NCBI RefSeq assembly: GCF_002113885.1
Contig: NW_018407597.1
Coordinates: 379,711-443,710 of the forward strand
Origin: Mizuhopecten yessoensis
Taxonomy: Eukaryota
DNA length: 64,000 nucleotides
Direction of reading: 5' to 3'
The notes beneath the pieces were generated by a model. The model made no database searches, was not told where the DNA came from, and worked only from the letters and a program-made list of their open reading frames with translations. Positions 12,005 to 24,985 of this stretch are shown piece after piece. A program made the position numbers and the translations under genes. How positions within the stretch are numbered: the stretch's first letter is position 1; every line of letters begins with the position of its first letter.

Positions 12005-13560
12005 TATTATTAGGGATTTCGATTTCGGATGGAAATACCTATTGTTATTGTTATGTTTTTTCCTTATTATTCGTATTTACATAGATCTTGTGTCTTCTCT
12101 ATCTCAAGAACGAATAGATATATGACGTTCATATTTCAGTATGTGATAGAGTACAACGTACACATACAGTGCGAACAAACTCATGATCATAATGCCAAAG
12201 GTCAAGGTCACAGATCTAAAAATCGATTTTTTAAAACATTTTTAGAACGACCATAACTTCATTAGCTTTCGTTGTATTGCATGAACATTATGTGGATCAT
12301 GTAGATCTTAGTCGGGGCTAACTTTTTCCTATGACATGTGTCAAGTTAAAAGCCTCGCTATGGGGTCAAATATCGCTTAAAATGACATACATTTTCTTAT
12401 TCTTATCATTCTTCTTCCGTACTTTGTGGAGTCTGTATCTTTTGATTGGTATAAGATAGGCTTATAGTCTTTTAGGTATGTTGTAGGCCAAGGTGTGAAG
12501 ATGATCAAGCAACATTTTCAAGTAGGTCAAAAATACAAAATGGCCGCCATGACGTCATATGTTGATATATTCAAAACCGCTATAACTCGAAAACCGTTAA
12601 TTGTACAGAATTCGTGCGATTTTATTATTTATAGATAATTTCCATATCTAACTTTTTCTTATTACATATTCATACAAAATATTTCAAATAAAAAGCTCGC
12701 TGTTGGGTCAAAGTTCACCATTTTGTTTTTAAAAACATTCATTTTTCATTTCTGAATAACCAATAATTCCAGTGTAACGATGTTTGGCAAGAAGCTAGTC
12801 CGAATTATTCTGACGTTTTATCGACTTTTTTCATATCGGTCTGTCGTCGATTAACGTCAGAACTCCGGCCCTCTATAATATGCGGGAAATATGCGACCCG
12901 TGCCCGGAGCGCACTTCAAACTGATATTTTAGAAACAAATCGTCACTTTCACACACATGTCGCACATGGATCGAAAGATCTATTCTTTATGCACTAGGTG
13001 GTATCAATAACATGTTTCAAAGATCATTACGAAAAGTATTTTCCAACGTTTCCTATACCAACCCATGTTTTTAATGGAAATTAGGCCATGAGCAATGGCA
13101 CATGACTTGACGAGATCTCGCGTTACCGAAGGTATATCCCAACGTTATGACGTAAGCCGGCGAGATTTTAGTCACGTGGCATTAGAAGGCGGGGCTATCA
13201 AAAAACTAGAGTAAAACAGAATAAGTTTGAAAAAATATGTTTTTAGTGATTGTATTGGTTGTTTGAGGCATGTAATTTATGTTCATCTTGTGCATAAAGA
13301 ATAGATCTCTGATCCATGTGCGACATGTGTGTGAAAGTGACGATTTGTTTCTAAAATATCAGTTTGAAGTGCGCTCCGGGCACGGGTCGCATATTTCCCG
13401 CATATTATAGAGGGCCGGAGTTCTGACGTTAATCGACGACAGACCGATATGAAAAAAGTCGATAAAACGTCAGAATAATTCGGACTAGCAAGAAGCATGC
13501 TTGAATGAAGGGCTTTAAAGTGTGTGCAAATGAATGACCTTGACCTACTCTAAATATCAT
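12005..13560 (+). mobile_element. Degenerate Helentron/DINE-like satellite-bearing element, interrupted by a MITE
   Basis: Starts TATTAGGGATTTCG...GGAAATACCTATTG (subterminal hairpin) and carries AAGGTCAAGGTCA, GGGGTCAAA and TGACCTTGACC motifs. Confidence 0.35.
12796..13487. mobile_element. 692-bp MITE with ~200-bp near-perfect TIRs and a 9-bp TSD (Mutator/MULE-like)
   Basis: 12796-12993 is the reverse complement of about 13290-13487. GCAAGAAGC is duplicated at 12787-12795 and 13488-13496 (alternatively a 7-bp CAAGAAG TSD). Confidence 0.9.
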
Positions 13561-16045
13561 TTCAAAAGTGAAAGTCAAAAACCGTGTTCATTCTTGTGCG
13601 ATTTTGAAGTGTTCTCAGGACTCTCAGTACTTTGATTTAAGTTAAGACATCTAATACATGCTGGTAATTCTACATCCATTACTACGCACTCTCAATCTTG
13701 AAAGTAGGGACAGTTTACATCTCTACTGCAGTGGGTAAACACCAGCCTTTCTTTGGCATGGCAAACCGAACCGATATAGACAAAATGCTCGTTTCATTCA
13801 TCACCCCGATGTACATAGTTGACGGACTATATGACTTTTACGGACTACCTTCGTCTACAATTAAGCCCATTAGCTGCCGATAAATCTACAACTAAGCCCA
13901 TTGGCTGCCTATATGTATTTCTCTGACGTCATTTCGCAATCTGGGAATCCCACGCTACTCAGTCAGCTACTGTACACTAGCACACGTTCAAAGGGCAATA
14001 ACCCGTCACAGAACATTCAAACTACGTAGAGACTGTCTCCATACTGTGGTCTTATTGAATCGCAGATAATCTTCCAAACTTACTAGGCATAATAGTCAGC
14101 TTCAATAGGTCCGGTAACAATTCACTCACTGTATGTTTAAATTGTTTATTTTCTATTTTTACGCAATAATGTCCTTAGACATTCATTATGATAATACATA
14201 ATACATCACTGATATATTTCAAACACTCCAGTTTCAATTACATGTTAAAGTGTTCTGTTTATACTTTTTAAATTGGTGAAGCTAACCGGGCTTTTTATTC
14301 GGTGACCAGTCAGTCTACAATACACAGTCACTGTGCATAATTTGGATTGGTGTTGCAACATTGCCTGTGGGATCATCACGATGTGTACTGGGGTTTGGTG
14401 TGCTGTGTCCAAATAACAGAGCTGTCATACACAACTACCTCAAGTAAATAACGTCCCCACAAAGGTAATAAGGTCCCCACAAAGGTAAGGGGGACGGAAG
14501 AAAGAAACACTAAACAGCTTTCTATCAATGCTGAATGTAAGGTTGGTCAAATAAGGGAAGAAAAGGGAAGCGATCGTCAGTCCGAGAACATATCTTTGAT
14601 CATTTTCCTGTTGGAAATCCCGTGTTTTGATCTTGATCAAATCTAGTATTATAATTATTATTATTAATGGGCTTATAACTTGTTGTATCCGGGCCTCGCT
14701 GACAGTTTAACGTCAAATTCAGATTCCAGTCATCATATTCTTATTGTTTGTCAGATCTTTTGATAAATAAATTAACAACGTAAAACCTTCTGTGATGGGT
14801 GATAATTAGATAATTCTGCACCGAGTGTACAATTCTTCGAGTTTTTAAGTTGTATTTGTTCCTTGAAAACACTTTTGCAGTATTTACTCTGCACGAATGT
14901 TCGATATTGTTTTCATACAAATATCCCTAATATTTACTAAATGAGAAGACCCCGTTCACAAATATTGAGAGTATAACCAACATTTAACGCCGTATAAACG
15001 CACCACGGCCAAGCAATAGTGGTTCTTAATTATAACGGAGGCCGTTATACAAGTCGCTCATGTGGTACTTGTAGTACATTGTGCACCAGAACGAGCGTCA
15101 ATGCCATATAGATTAGGACATAGAATGGGACCGTTTGCATCACCTTGGCGTACACCCATACATGTGTCAATCAATCAGAGTCATCAAACAATGAAATGCA
15201 CAACTACTCATGCCCGCAAAAGATCATGTATAGTTTCTTTAGTATCTAGCCAGTGTAGTCACTGAGAAAACGCCAGATACCATTTGTTGGGAAAAAATGA
15301 GAATGAGAATAGAGAATAATCAGAAAACGGAATAATCCCCCCCCCCCCGCTCTTTTTGGTACACTTAATAACATTTAAAAGAATATGAGTGTAGTAGGTC
15401 ATGATTTAATAGCATGGTAATATAATATGACGCATAAAGAAACCGTACACAACATATTATCATTTTATGGATAATTTTATTTTAAAGGACTATGGTACAA
15501 TTACTTAAAACTCGCTAAAAAACTATCCTGAACCAGCACTCAAGACTGAAATATCCGAGATAGCATAAACAGTTCTTATGCAATTTTTGCTGATCATGAA
15601 CGTCAGATGCCGGTCCAGTTAATATATTTCGATAAGTTTACTTACGAAACGTCAAAAAGTTAGTTTAATTTCATTTGACAGTACACTTATTTCAATGATT
15701 ATTTATTTGCTTCATCGATGTGGTATGCACATATGCTAAAAAGATATGTAAATAAAGAACATCCTCCTCTCATTCTCCAATTAATATTTGACCTGACGTC
15801 TGCTGACTTACATACATATGCTAACTACCTTTTTACATAATATTATATGCAATAACATTACCCATATCTACAACATCACGCCATATGGACTGGTATATTC
15901 TCCGAATAACGACGTACGCGTGATAATCGGCCTGTATCATATGTTTCCTCTGGCTATCGTCTGTTACTGTTGCGCCGTTAACTTCCGCCTTTGCCACCTA
16001 ATTGAACAGCTGGTGAAGGCTCTGCACAACATCCGTGTCCCTTCA

Positions 16046-16119
16046 TATAAATGTCAGCGACAGTTTTGCCCTAAACATAGCTTGTACAAATAAACTCAAG
16101 CTTGAAAGATAAGGTAAGT
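16046..16119 (+). promoter_or_regulatory. TATA box and putative non-coding first exon of gene A (exon about 16077-16113)
   Basis: TATAAA at 16046, a short exon about 30 nt downstream, and a strong AAG|GTAAGT donor at 16114. This mirrors the B-gene layout. Gene A's ATG sits directly after an acceptor, so an upstream exon is required. Confidence 0.55.
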
Positions 16120-18314
16120 CCTCATGTTGTGGTATTTGCCTATTTCAGAACAATGTTTTTCTTTTTTTTCTAATATATTTAATCTTCAGTGGTAGAAATT
16201 GTGATACTTCTGTTGTTTGGAAAATATACATAGTTATTAACCCGATTAGACGACCTTTTGCATAAAACTAAATTAAAGGTAAAATAATATCTCAATCAAT
16301 TTAATCCGTTTAATGTGTATTAGACGCATTTCATAAATTTTTTTTTTTTATAAGTCAACATCACTCTAAAAATAAATGTAATACTTTCTTGTATCATGAT
16401 TCATAAAATTTCTTCATTTTTTTTAATGCAGCATTATTCCAAATAATATATAATGATTTCTTGTATCGTAAAAACAAGATGCTCATTTCCTTGTCGAGGA
16501 TATAAAAATATTTCGGACATTTTGTTTTGCTAAAAAACATAAAATAATTGTGAAATGCACTAATAAATGTAATGTAACGGTTCCTGACTTGGAGCATGTA
16601 TATTTTATAGTGTCAGGGTGTTTATGTGTTTAATTAATGAATATGATAAATTGCCATATTCAATACAATATTAGCAGATTACGATAGNGACAGACCCTAG
16701 ACCGTTTTTCTTTACCAAAAGTGCGTTGCGTTTCCGTTGCGTTGCGTTTGCGTTTCGTTTGCGTTGCGTTTCCGTTGACCGTTTGATGTGCGTTTTAAAT
16801 TTAGAGTTGAATGTGCGTTGAATATGCGTTTTGCTGATTATTTTAAAAATATGTGAGTTCTGAAATGTCTGAAAATAGTTATATAATTATATAATAAACT
16901 TATTTAAACAAAGCGTCTGCTCAGCGATGTTTACCTTTCTGGTCTGACGTGCTGACAACAACCGGTAGCTGAATCTTAATAAGAGCCAGTACAGATTGAT
17001 TTTGATGGTTTTACGTTCGGTATTATACGTACGGCCTTGCAGCCTTTCAGTAGACGACCAAACCAGTACGTACATGCGTGTGCTCTGGCTTTACTGAAAT
17101 GTGGATACCCAGGGGGCTAAACGTGAAGTACCGGTGAGAGGTAGTGCACCCCCGCTGAACTAAGGCCACCCCTGATAGCAATCATGGTCATCGTAACTAA
17201 CACACCGGTCTGTTCTGGTTTAAATATCCAGGTAAATTAGCAAAAAGGATTTGATATGAGATGACTTCACACGTTAGGATTTACATTGTGATTTTGATGA
17301 AATTATCATAAAATAGTTACAACTAGAAACATACATTTATAATTTATAAGTAGAATAAAATGTGCTTAGAGATATAAAAGAAGTTGAAAAATATGAAAAT
17401 TTTAAATAGATACAGTGTAAAGTTTGATTTGTTCGTTTGAAATTCGAAATGAATACTAAACTCATTCAACCTCTTGACACACGAATCAGTTGGTTATCTT
17501 ATATCTGAAAGATGTTACATATAGTCACCATACAATAGGACGGTTTTACATACTGGACATGTTTGTGCCAATTATAAGATATAAATGATATATTTTATTT
17601 CCTATCAAAATACCTCTTTGTTGCAGATTTAAGAACGGAATTTCTGAAAAATTAAAACTATTATGTAAGTTAGAAAATTATTTTAAAAGAAATGATGCCG
17701 TCATTCGTCAGATAGTGAAGTCGGCGTTGATGACATCGGTACCGCCCAACCCCCCCCCCACACACTTTTTTTTTTTTTACGGTACTAGTGATCTAAATCT
17801 CATGTGAATGAAATTGATATAAAATACATAAAGCACATTCAGACATAATTATAGCGTTATTTCAAATGATAAACACTAATCCAACCCCCTAATCCCTTGC
17901 AGTCTTTTGCTATCTATGTCTGACAACCATACGTTTCCGACGCATAAAGAAAAATTCAATCAGAGACGTATACAAATTAGTATAAGCTATTCAATTAGTT
18001 ACAATAATGTTTGTTTGGACTTATCCTGATATGTCGGAGTAATCATTCTCCTCAAGTGTTGGTTGAGATACATCTAATTTTTACTTCCTAAATTCTCAGA
18101 TTTCTCTGGAGAAATTTATTCTAGATATACGTCGACAAAGGACGTATCTGCGTCCACAGGGACCCGCAAGTCTTAAAGTGTACCCTGAATGAAAATAGAA
18201 ACAAAAATGTCGAAAACTGCATAAAAACCGGTCGTAATCGTAACTCGCGGTGAATGGGACTCTATCGGCTGTGACGTCACAAGTTAAACGCCTCTAGCAG
18301 TCATCATGGCAGGA

Positions 18315-18505
18315 ATTCCGTCTTTGCGTATTGCAGAGTTATCTTCTCTTGGGAGCAGGTATTGATTGTTGCGTCATTTGTTTGTGTGAGAAAATTTCGT
18401 CGTTTTCTCAAAAATTGATGACGTTTCTCTCACAAACAAGTGACGTAACAATCAATACCTGCTCACAAGAGAAGATAACTCTGCAATACGCAAAGACGGA
18501 ATAGG
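18315..18505. mobile_element. ~190-bp foldback MITE, copy 1
   Basis: ATTCCGTCTTTGCGTATTGCAGAGTTATCTTCTCTTG...CAAGAGAAGATAACTCTGCAATACGCAAAGACGGAAT is self-complementary. Second copy at 28077. Confidence 0.88.
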
Positions 18506-18683
18506 TGAGTTAGAGAACAGCCATGGCCATACAGCGTCAGATGGCGGATTAATATTTCTTTTTTAGTTTTGAGGAATCAGATTGTGCTGAAGATAACATT
18601 ATGAAGATGGTATTCAGCCATATAAAATATGCCAGAATTTCCATACAGTGAGTTTAATTGATATCAAACGGACGACTCTGAAT

Positions 18684-19140
18684 AGGGCGGATTGGTCGAG
18701 TAGTTAATACTTCGGCCTTCCACGCAGGCGGCCGGGGTTCGATCCTCGAAGTCGTCGCACGCATGGAATATCAGAGAAAGTGTTTTTCTCCACACAACTC
18801 CACACCACTCCAACAACCCAGGTGGAGTATGAAATGGTCTGGGGTGGATGTTGCGGTATCTGTGCTGTAGCATTCAAGTGAGGTGGCACTTTAAATAATG
18901 CCGTTTGAAGCACGGTTCCACTACAAACAGAACACATCACATCTCCAGCACACACGAAGGCATACACATATAGGGAGATTTTAGCCAGGTGGCATAGGAC
19001 TAGTAGTTAGTGCCTGATAAGGCAGCTCCTGTGAATTCTTAAAAATTGAATTGATTAATGTAAATGCTAATTGTATTAATTGTATATGTTAGCTAGATAG
19101 AGCGCTATATCAAATGCTGTATACTATTATTATTATTATT
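18684..19140 (+). mobile_element. tRNA-derived SINE with an L2-type 3' tail
   Basis: Head GGGCGGATTGGTCGAGTAG...GGGGTTCGATCCTCG (A and B boxes). Ends GAGCGCTATATCAAATGCTGTATAC(TAT)n. Confidence 0.8.
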
Positions 19141-22100
19141 AACACACCCTGGAAGCATTTCGTGTCCTGATTCTGACCACTGATAAGAAATTTGTCGAAT
19201 AAATGCAAATACTCTCAATGTTGTCAATCAAAAATGATTTTTATTTCAGCTGGAAAGTGAGTTTCCAATTATTTTCTTTACTCTACACAGACGTATACAC
19301 TTTATATTCCCTGCTCTACAGTCACATACTGTGGCACCACTACGGTCCCAAAACCCCCCGGAAATGTATCATTGAAAAATGCTTACAAAATAACTTCAAC
19401 GTTGGTATATACTGTTTTTGAATGTCAATAAAATGTATGGCATTTTTTCAGTATTACCATTTAATGACAAATAGACGATATTGTGTCTTCCTTATGTTAG
19501 GTAAGATACATATAAAGCCAGTAGTATCACTGACTTAGATTATACGTCTCTGGTTAGTTCGACACTTCAAATAAACAGCAAAATACCGACACACATTTAT
19601 TTGTATACAATACAGTACTTCTGTATGCGATGCTAAATTATATCACGGACTAAGACAATCTAATTCCGTGATTATATTTATCTCAAAAATATAATTGTAT
19701 TATGAGATTTAAACTTTTTCTTTTCATATACATGTAATATACCCAAGTTATAATTTAACATATTGGTTCAATAATGAAAATCGTCTCGATCCACTCCCTT
19801 AGCCTACTTAGGTGTGACATTTGTGTACATGTAAATAACACTAAACACACCCGTGGCCAGTGCTGGCAGCAGGAGGCCCAAGACACATCTATATACATTA
19901 GGTATGACATCAAAGGGATGTTAGCAGGTGGGCTAGGGGGTACATGAAGTTAGTATATTTATATTTATTTATTTATTTACGTCTCAACTCATTACATATT
20001 ACATCCATAACTGCCTAAATCAACATTAGAATACACACATGTTAAACATATTTATCAACACTATAAATATTTAATTTACATCAGTAAATTATCGCATAAT
20101 TCATCTAAAATATAAACTTATAAATAAACCATATCTTTGCTAAAATATGCTCATTTTATCAAGGAATCATATAAACATATTCATGCGATAAGATTATATG
20201 TCTTCCAATTTTCCATTTAACTGCAATGTCCTCAGTCTAGATAACGGGGAAATGTATAAGCAGAGACGTTTATATTACGTTTCTGGTATAAGGATCAATT
20301 TCAAGAAAAAGATAAATAAATAAAATGTGTAAGTACTGCCAAAGAGTCACATTATATGAAAATCAAAGTCAGTACAACTGCATCACAGGACAGATGAAAG
20401 TCATTAACAAGGAAAATAATGCTGGACCCTGTTATGCACATTATATATTACTAATCTCTGTGAGACTTGAACGGACCGGTTCTCCCTCTGCAAGATATTT
20501 TATTTGAAATTGGTGTGTAATACAATATCTCTTATGTGTTAAATTCCATGGATTGCTTAAGAATAAAAAATATTTCAAGATTTTATAACTGGGGGTAAAA
20601 ATAATCAGGTTGCTGCTCAATTTGAGCATAAATTATTGTACCGGTGCATGTTTTCGTCTGTTTCAAACGTATATCTACATATTGTAAAGAAAAGGGGTGG
20701 GGTGCGCCTACGTTAATTTGACTCAATTTGTACTCAATTGCTTTGTATTGTATATAGGTGATCACCAAATTTTCTTGAGATCAATTCAATACTAAAAAGT
20801 ATAATATTTACATTCACTAGATTAACGAATTATGTCAAAACACGGATTCACATTTAGATAGCATCCGCATATGTGTTCGGACACCCGCATACAGCACATG
20901 CTTTGTCTTCTCAGTAGGAACTCATTTCTTCATTAATATGGGGAAAACAAATTATATGTACGCAGTACTTTAAATATTACCTACACAAGTAAATGACGAC
21001 GGAATATATCATATAAGTAGCTAAAAAGCTCACATATCGAACGCTTGATCAAAGCTTCCCGGTATAGGGCTGTTTTGGCAGCGTTGAACTTGTGACGTCA
21101 CATATGTGGGCTACCCATATCGAGGCGATCGTCGCTGAGCCAAAGGTGTGTTTTTCAGATCGTTCGATTTGATTGTATCAAACGAATGATTTTCATAGCT
21201 TGATATAGCAAAACGTTCAGGGTACATTTCTTTGGTGCGGTTAGAAGGAGGGCGGCAATTATTTCGAGAAATAGTGTTAACCACTAAAACATCTTATTTA
21301 TACTTCCTAAATTTTCAGATTAAGTTAATCTACATGACGCCTTATCACAAAAACAAGAGGAAGAAGAGGAAGAAGAACATATAATATTACTACACGGCGC
21401 GATAGGTACAAACAAAGAACTGAAGCAAATTCACGGGTTCCTGTGGCTGAAACCATTGGTAGTAGTAACCTTGCGGTATTTACCTTCGGAATAACAATAG
21501 CTGCAGGTAACCACGTATAAACAATTATAAAGCAAAGACCAGATGATAGTTGGGATTAGTTCACTATTGTTTAGGATAGTGAAATCAGTGCTGTTTGTGC
21601 AATAAACATTTCAAAATGGCTGTCAAGAGAAAGCAATACAAAACTTTGGTTCAAGGCTGTTTTAAGGAAGGAATTACACAAGTAATTCGGATTTCAGATT
21701 ATGTTTTCATCACTCAGACAAACGAAAATGTGTAACTTGAGGTTACAGCACGGAATTAGATTATCTAAGTCCGTGGGTACAGCAATGAGTATGATTAAGC
21801 GTAACATAGTGCATAGAATGTATACATGTATATTGTGTTGTAAGATGTATAGATAAGATACATGTACATATAACTTACGCTCCGGCTTCAATATCATTCA
21901 TATACATACTGATTATAATTATCAGATAATACCACTAAAGAGAATATCATAAGAATTATACCTGTTTGAGATATATATAAAGGAATATTTTAAGAAAGAA
22001 AAAACAATAATTACCTGGAATTCGCTTGCAGCATTTCAGTTGGATTTGTAAGATAATACAGGAATAATACTCTTTGCAAATACATCACATTCACTTGTTT

Positions 22101-22339
22101 TATACATATGATGATATTCATATCCAATATTTTCCAAACACAAGTTCCATTTTTCATCTCCTTTTGAACATTTGCGATCGCCTAGTTTAAATAAAAACAA
22201 ACAATTACACGTACGTTATTTAGTTTGGGTTGTTTATTAATTTTCGACAAATTGATAAAATATTTTTTTTAGCAACAAATTAAGAATTTGAGACTAAAAA
22301 AATAAACACCCACTAGACGTATCCGTTTGTTCAAGACTA

Positions 22340-24191
22340 ATAGAATCTATCACTCCTGTGTGATATAGACAGAGATATCTCAACCAGAGGGTGAGATATT
22401 TTTTTTAGGTTTAGCACGAGGCTTTGCCGAGTGCTAAACCTAAAAAAAATATCTCATCCCGAGGGTTGAGATATCTCTGTCTATATCACACAGAAGTGAT
22501 TGATTATTTTTCTCCCACATTTTCATACCGTAAAAATACCTCCACTGCGAAGTTGTATTTTTGACCCCGATGCACCGTACTATCATCAATGGCGCATGAA
22601 TACACGCATAGCCGCTGTACTGCAAATGTGTGTAAAAAAAATCCGCAACGTCAATAATAAATAGAAGTCATAATTAAATTTAGATATTTTATACATTAGT
22701 AGTATTAGCAACGTTATATTGTATATTAACATTTTTTGTCATAAGATTAAGCGATATAGTGTCTTTAACGAAAACACACAGAACTAATTGCACTCCCTGA
22801 CTTCACGCTTCGAAAAGTTCACTCGGAGTCAGAATACAACACCCTCGGTCGTTTCGTTTTGGGGGCTGACATCGTTGTGTTATTGTTTATAGTTATGTTA
22901 AAGGTTCCTCCAGTGATTGTTGTGCCTTGGAAGATACTTGGGATTTCACATTCATTGGATTTTAATTTACGAACGCGTTCAGGTTCGCACAAGGACATGC
23001 TGTTGTGCGCTGTAGTCACATGTGTAATATTTGTTGACTGTTCGTTTGACATTGGCCGATGTGAGGTAGGTGCACTAGACCCAGTGTGTCGTCCTAAGTC
23101 CGTTTGTACGGTTTTATTTGGNNNNNNNNNNNNNNNNNNNNNNNNNNNNNNNNNNNNNNNNNNNNNNNTTTATTTCAGAATCGGTGATAACATCCGCTGC
23201 CATTGGTTTATTCCCCATTCCTTTCTTTTTTAAATCTTTTTGTTTGGTTTTGAGCGCCTCTCTCGTACCTGCGAACTGATGACTGGAAATCAAACTATAC
23301 CCATATCTATGACGTTTTAAATACCTTTCAAACGAGCCAAGCATCCCTCTTAAGTAACTGGGTTGATACTCGCTACCATCTTTCTGTCGTACACAAATTA
23401 AAAATTTTGAAAGGTGCGAATCGAGTTCGGTAGTTGGGATTTGGTGCATTTGGCGCAATTCGTTTACGTCGTTCAGAAAATGTTCAAACAGTTTCATATG
23501 ACAAAGAGTTTTCTTTTTCGTGTTAATATTCTCGTTTTGGTCCACAAAGTTTCTTAAGTCATTTTCGTCCATGTTAACAAATCTACCGGCAACGCGTGGG
23601 GCTGTGGCAGTCGCCGTCTGCTGAGGAGAGCCCGGGGGCGCCGGGGTTGTATGTGATCGTCGGGGGGTCAACATTGATTCAGATTGTCCCTGCTCTAACT
23701 CATGTAGCATTGCCTGTGTTTCTGCATGGGATATTTCACTCAGATATTTGCTCACATCAAAATCAAGCATATCAAACTCAAGTTCGTCGTCTGCTAGCCC
23801 TTTTACCAATTCATGCTTCGACGCTGTAACGATAGTACCGTTACCAAATAATTGCACTTTGTACATAACATACGTTCCTAATGGTTTAACTTCATCTACA
23901 ATTCTTCCCTTTTCACCATTTCTTCCTACGGTAACACATTCGCCTATTTTGAATTGTCGGGATGTTGAGCTTGCCATTATACAGTGTTTGTTTACATGTG
24001 TATTACATGTGTGTAAAAGGTGATGATGTAATCGTTTTTGCTGAAAGTGCACAGGGTCACAGGTCATGGTGAAAGAAGTGCGTTGTCTGTGACGTAATAG
24101 CGCGTGTCAGCTGTCTTGATCGAGGTAGATCAAGACAGGTTTATCTTTTCCCTACCAAAAACGGGAATGAACCTGTGAAGGGTGGGAGAAT
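22340..24191 (-). mobile_element. Crypton (tyrosine-recombinase DNA transposon)
   Basis: 152-bp palindrome at 22349-22500 with central CGAGGCTTTGCCGAG. TTCTCCCAC (22510) is inverted to GTGGGAGAA (24182). Internal DUF3504/KIAA1958-like ORF. Confidence 0.82.
22819..23977 (-). CDS. Crypton-encoded KIAA1958/QRICH1/ZMYM-like (DUF3504) protein, interrupted by an N gap
   Basis: RFVNMDE...NENINTKKKT...ELDSHLSKFLICVRQKDGSEYQPSYLRGMLGSFERYLK...LKTKQKDLKKKGMGNKP. The C-terminal part IFQGTTITGGTFNITIN...KRPRVLYSDSE lies at 22819-23052. The catalytic region is absent at gap 23122-23168. Confidence 0.75.
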
Positions 24192-24767
24192 ATTCCCGTA
24201 ACTTCACCTTGAAATAATATTTGGGGAAAATATAGAAATTAAAAAAAAAAAATGGTGAGAAACCACCATCATCAAATATACTTTTAATCTCATGAATTCA
24301 TAAAAAGGAATGTGTTTTTGCGTCGTGTAGGTTTAGTGATAACATGTTAAATGTAATGTACGGTTGAGTTCCAAACGGATGCCATTAGAAGTTTAATTCC
24401 ATTTTAAAACGAATTATCAATATTCACGAATGTGCCTATAAATACATCTGCATCCGCCGCTGTGCAAATAACACGCGAGCGCTGTATAGGTAAATACAGG
24501 TCAGAGTTAGGGTCAGAGACCGACACGCTTCCGCGAGCAAGTACATCTAAATCTAAGTACGTTAATTGTCTGCTATGAACTGCGTTTTAGGAGCGTGTTT
24601 AACCAAACGGTCTGTATGCGTTTGCGTTGCGTTTCCGTTGCGTTTCCGTTGCGTTTGCGTTCCGTTTGCGTTGAGTTTGCGTTGCGTTTGCGTTCCGTTT
24701 CCGTTGCTTTTGCGTTCCGTTTGCGTTGCGTTTGTGTTTAAACGTACAAGAAGAACGGTCCAGGGTC

Positions 24768-24837
24768 AATATAGAAAGATAGATGTATGTAGAAAGAAAG
24801 ATAGATAGATAAGATATATAGATAAGATAGATAAACC

Positions 24838-24870
<33 letters not shown>
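24768..24870. repeat. Compound (GATA)n/(GACA)n microsatellite
   Basis: Directly visible in the sequence. Confidence 0.9.
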
Positions 24871-24871
<1 letters not shown>

Positions 24872-24985
24872 ACAATGTATAAAATAAATGCAACAGTATC
24901 AAATCTTTCTGAATCATCACACTCTAAAAACAGAAAGCCTTATTTTAGTCTTCTGATATTCAAACTTTGTTAAATTATTTTTCAG

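Larger units (their letters stand above)
16693..24767. mobile_element. TIR-bounded ~8.07 kb composite segment (DNA transposon ends with nested insertions)
   Basis: GACCCTAGACCGTTTTTCTT at 16693 and AAGAAGAACGGTCCAGGGTC ending at 24767 are inverted. Both ends have subterminal GCGTT-rich arrays. Both flanks are GATA/GACA-like. Confidence 0.6.

Noticed and set aside
23114-24067. Host KIAA1958/QRICH1/ZMYM gene
   Set aside because: No introns in the visible part, bounded by a Crypton-type palindrome and inverted ends, and nested within an intron and another element.
24566-24920. Cys/Val-rich and LSVC-repeat ORFs
   Set aside because: They are translations of the GCGTT subterminal array and the GACA microsatellite.
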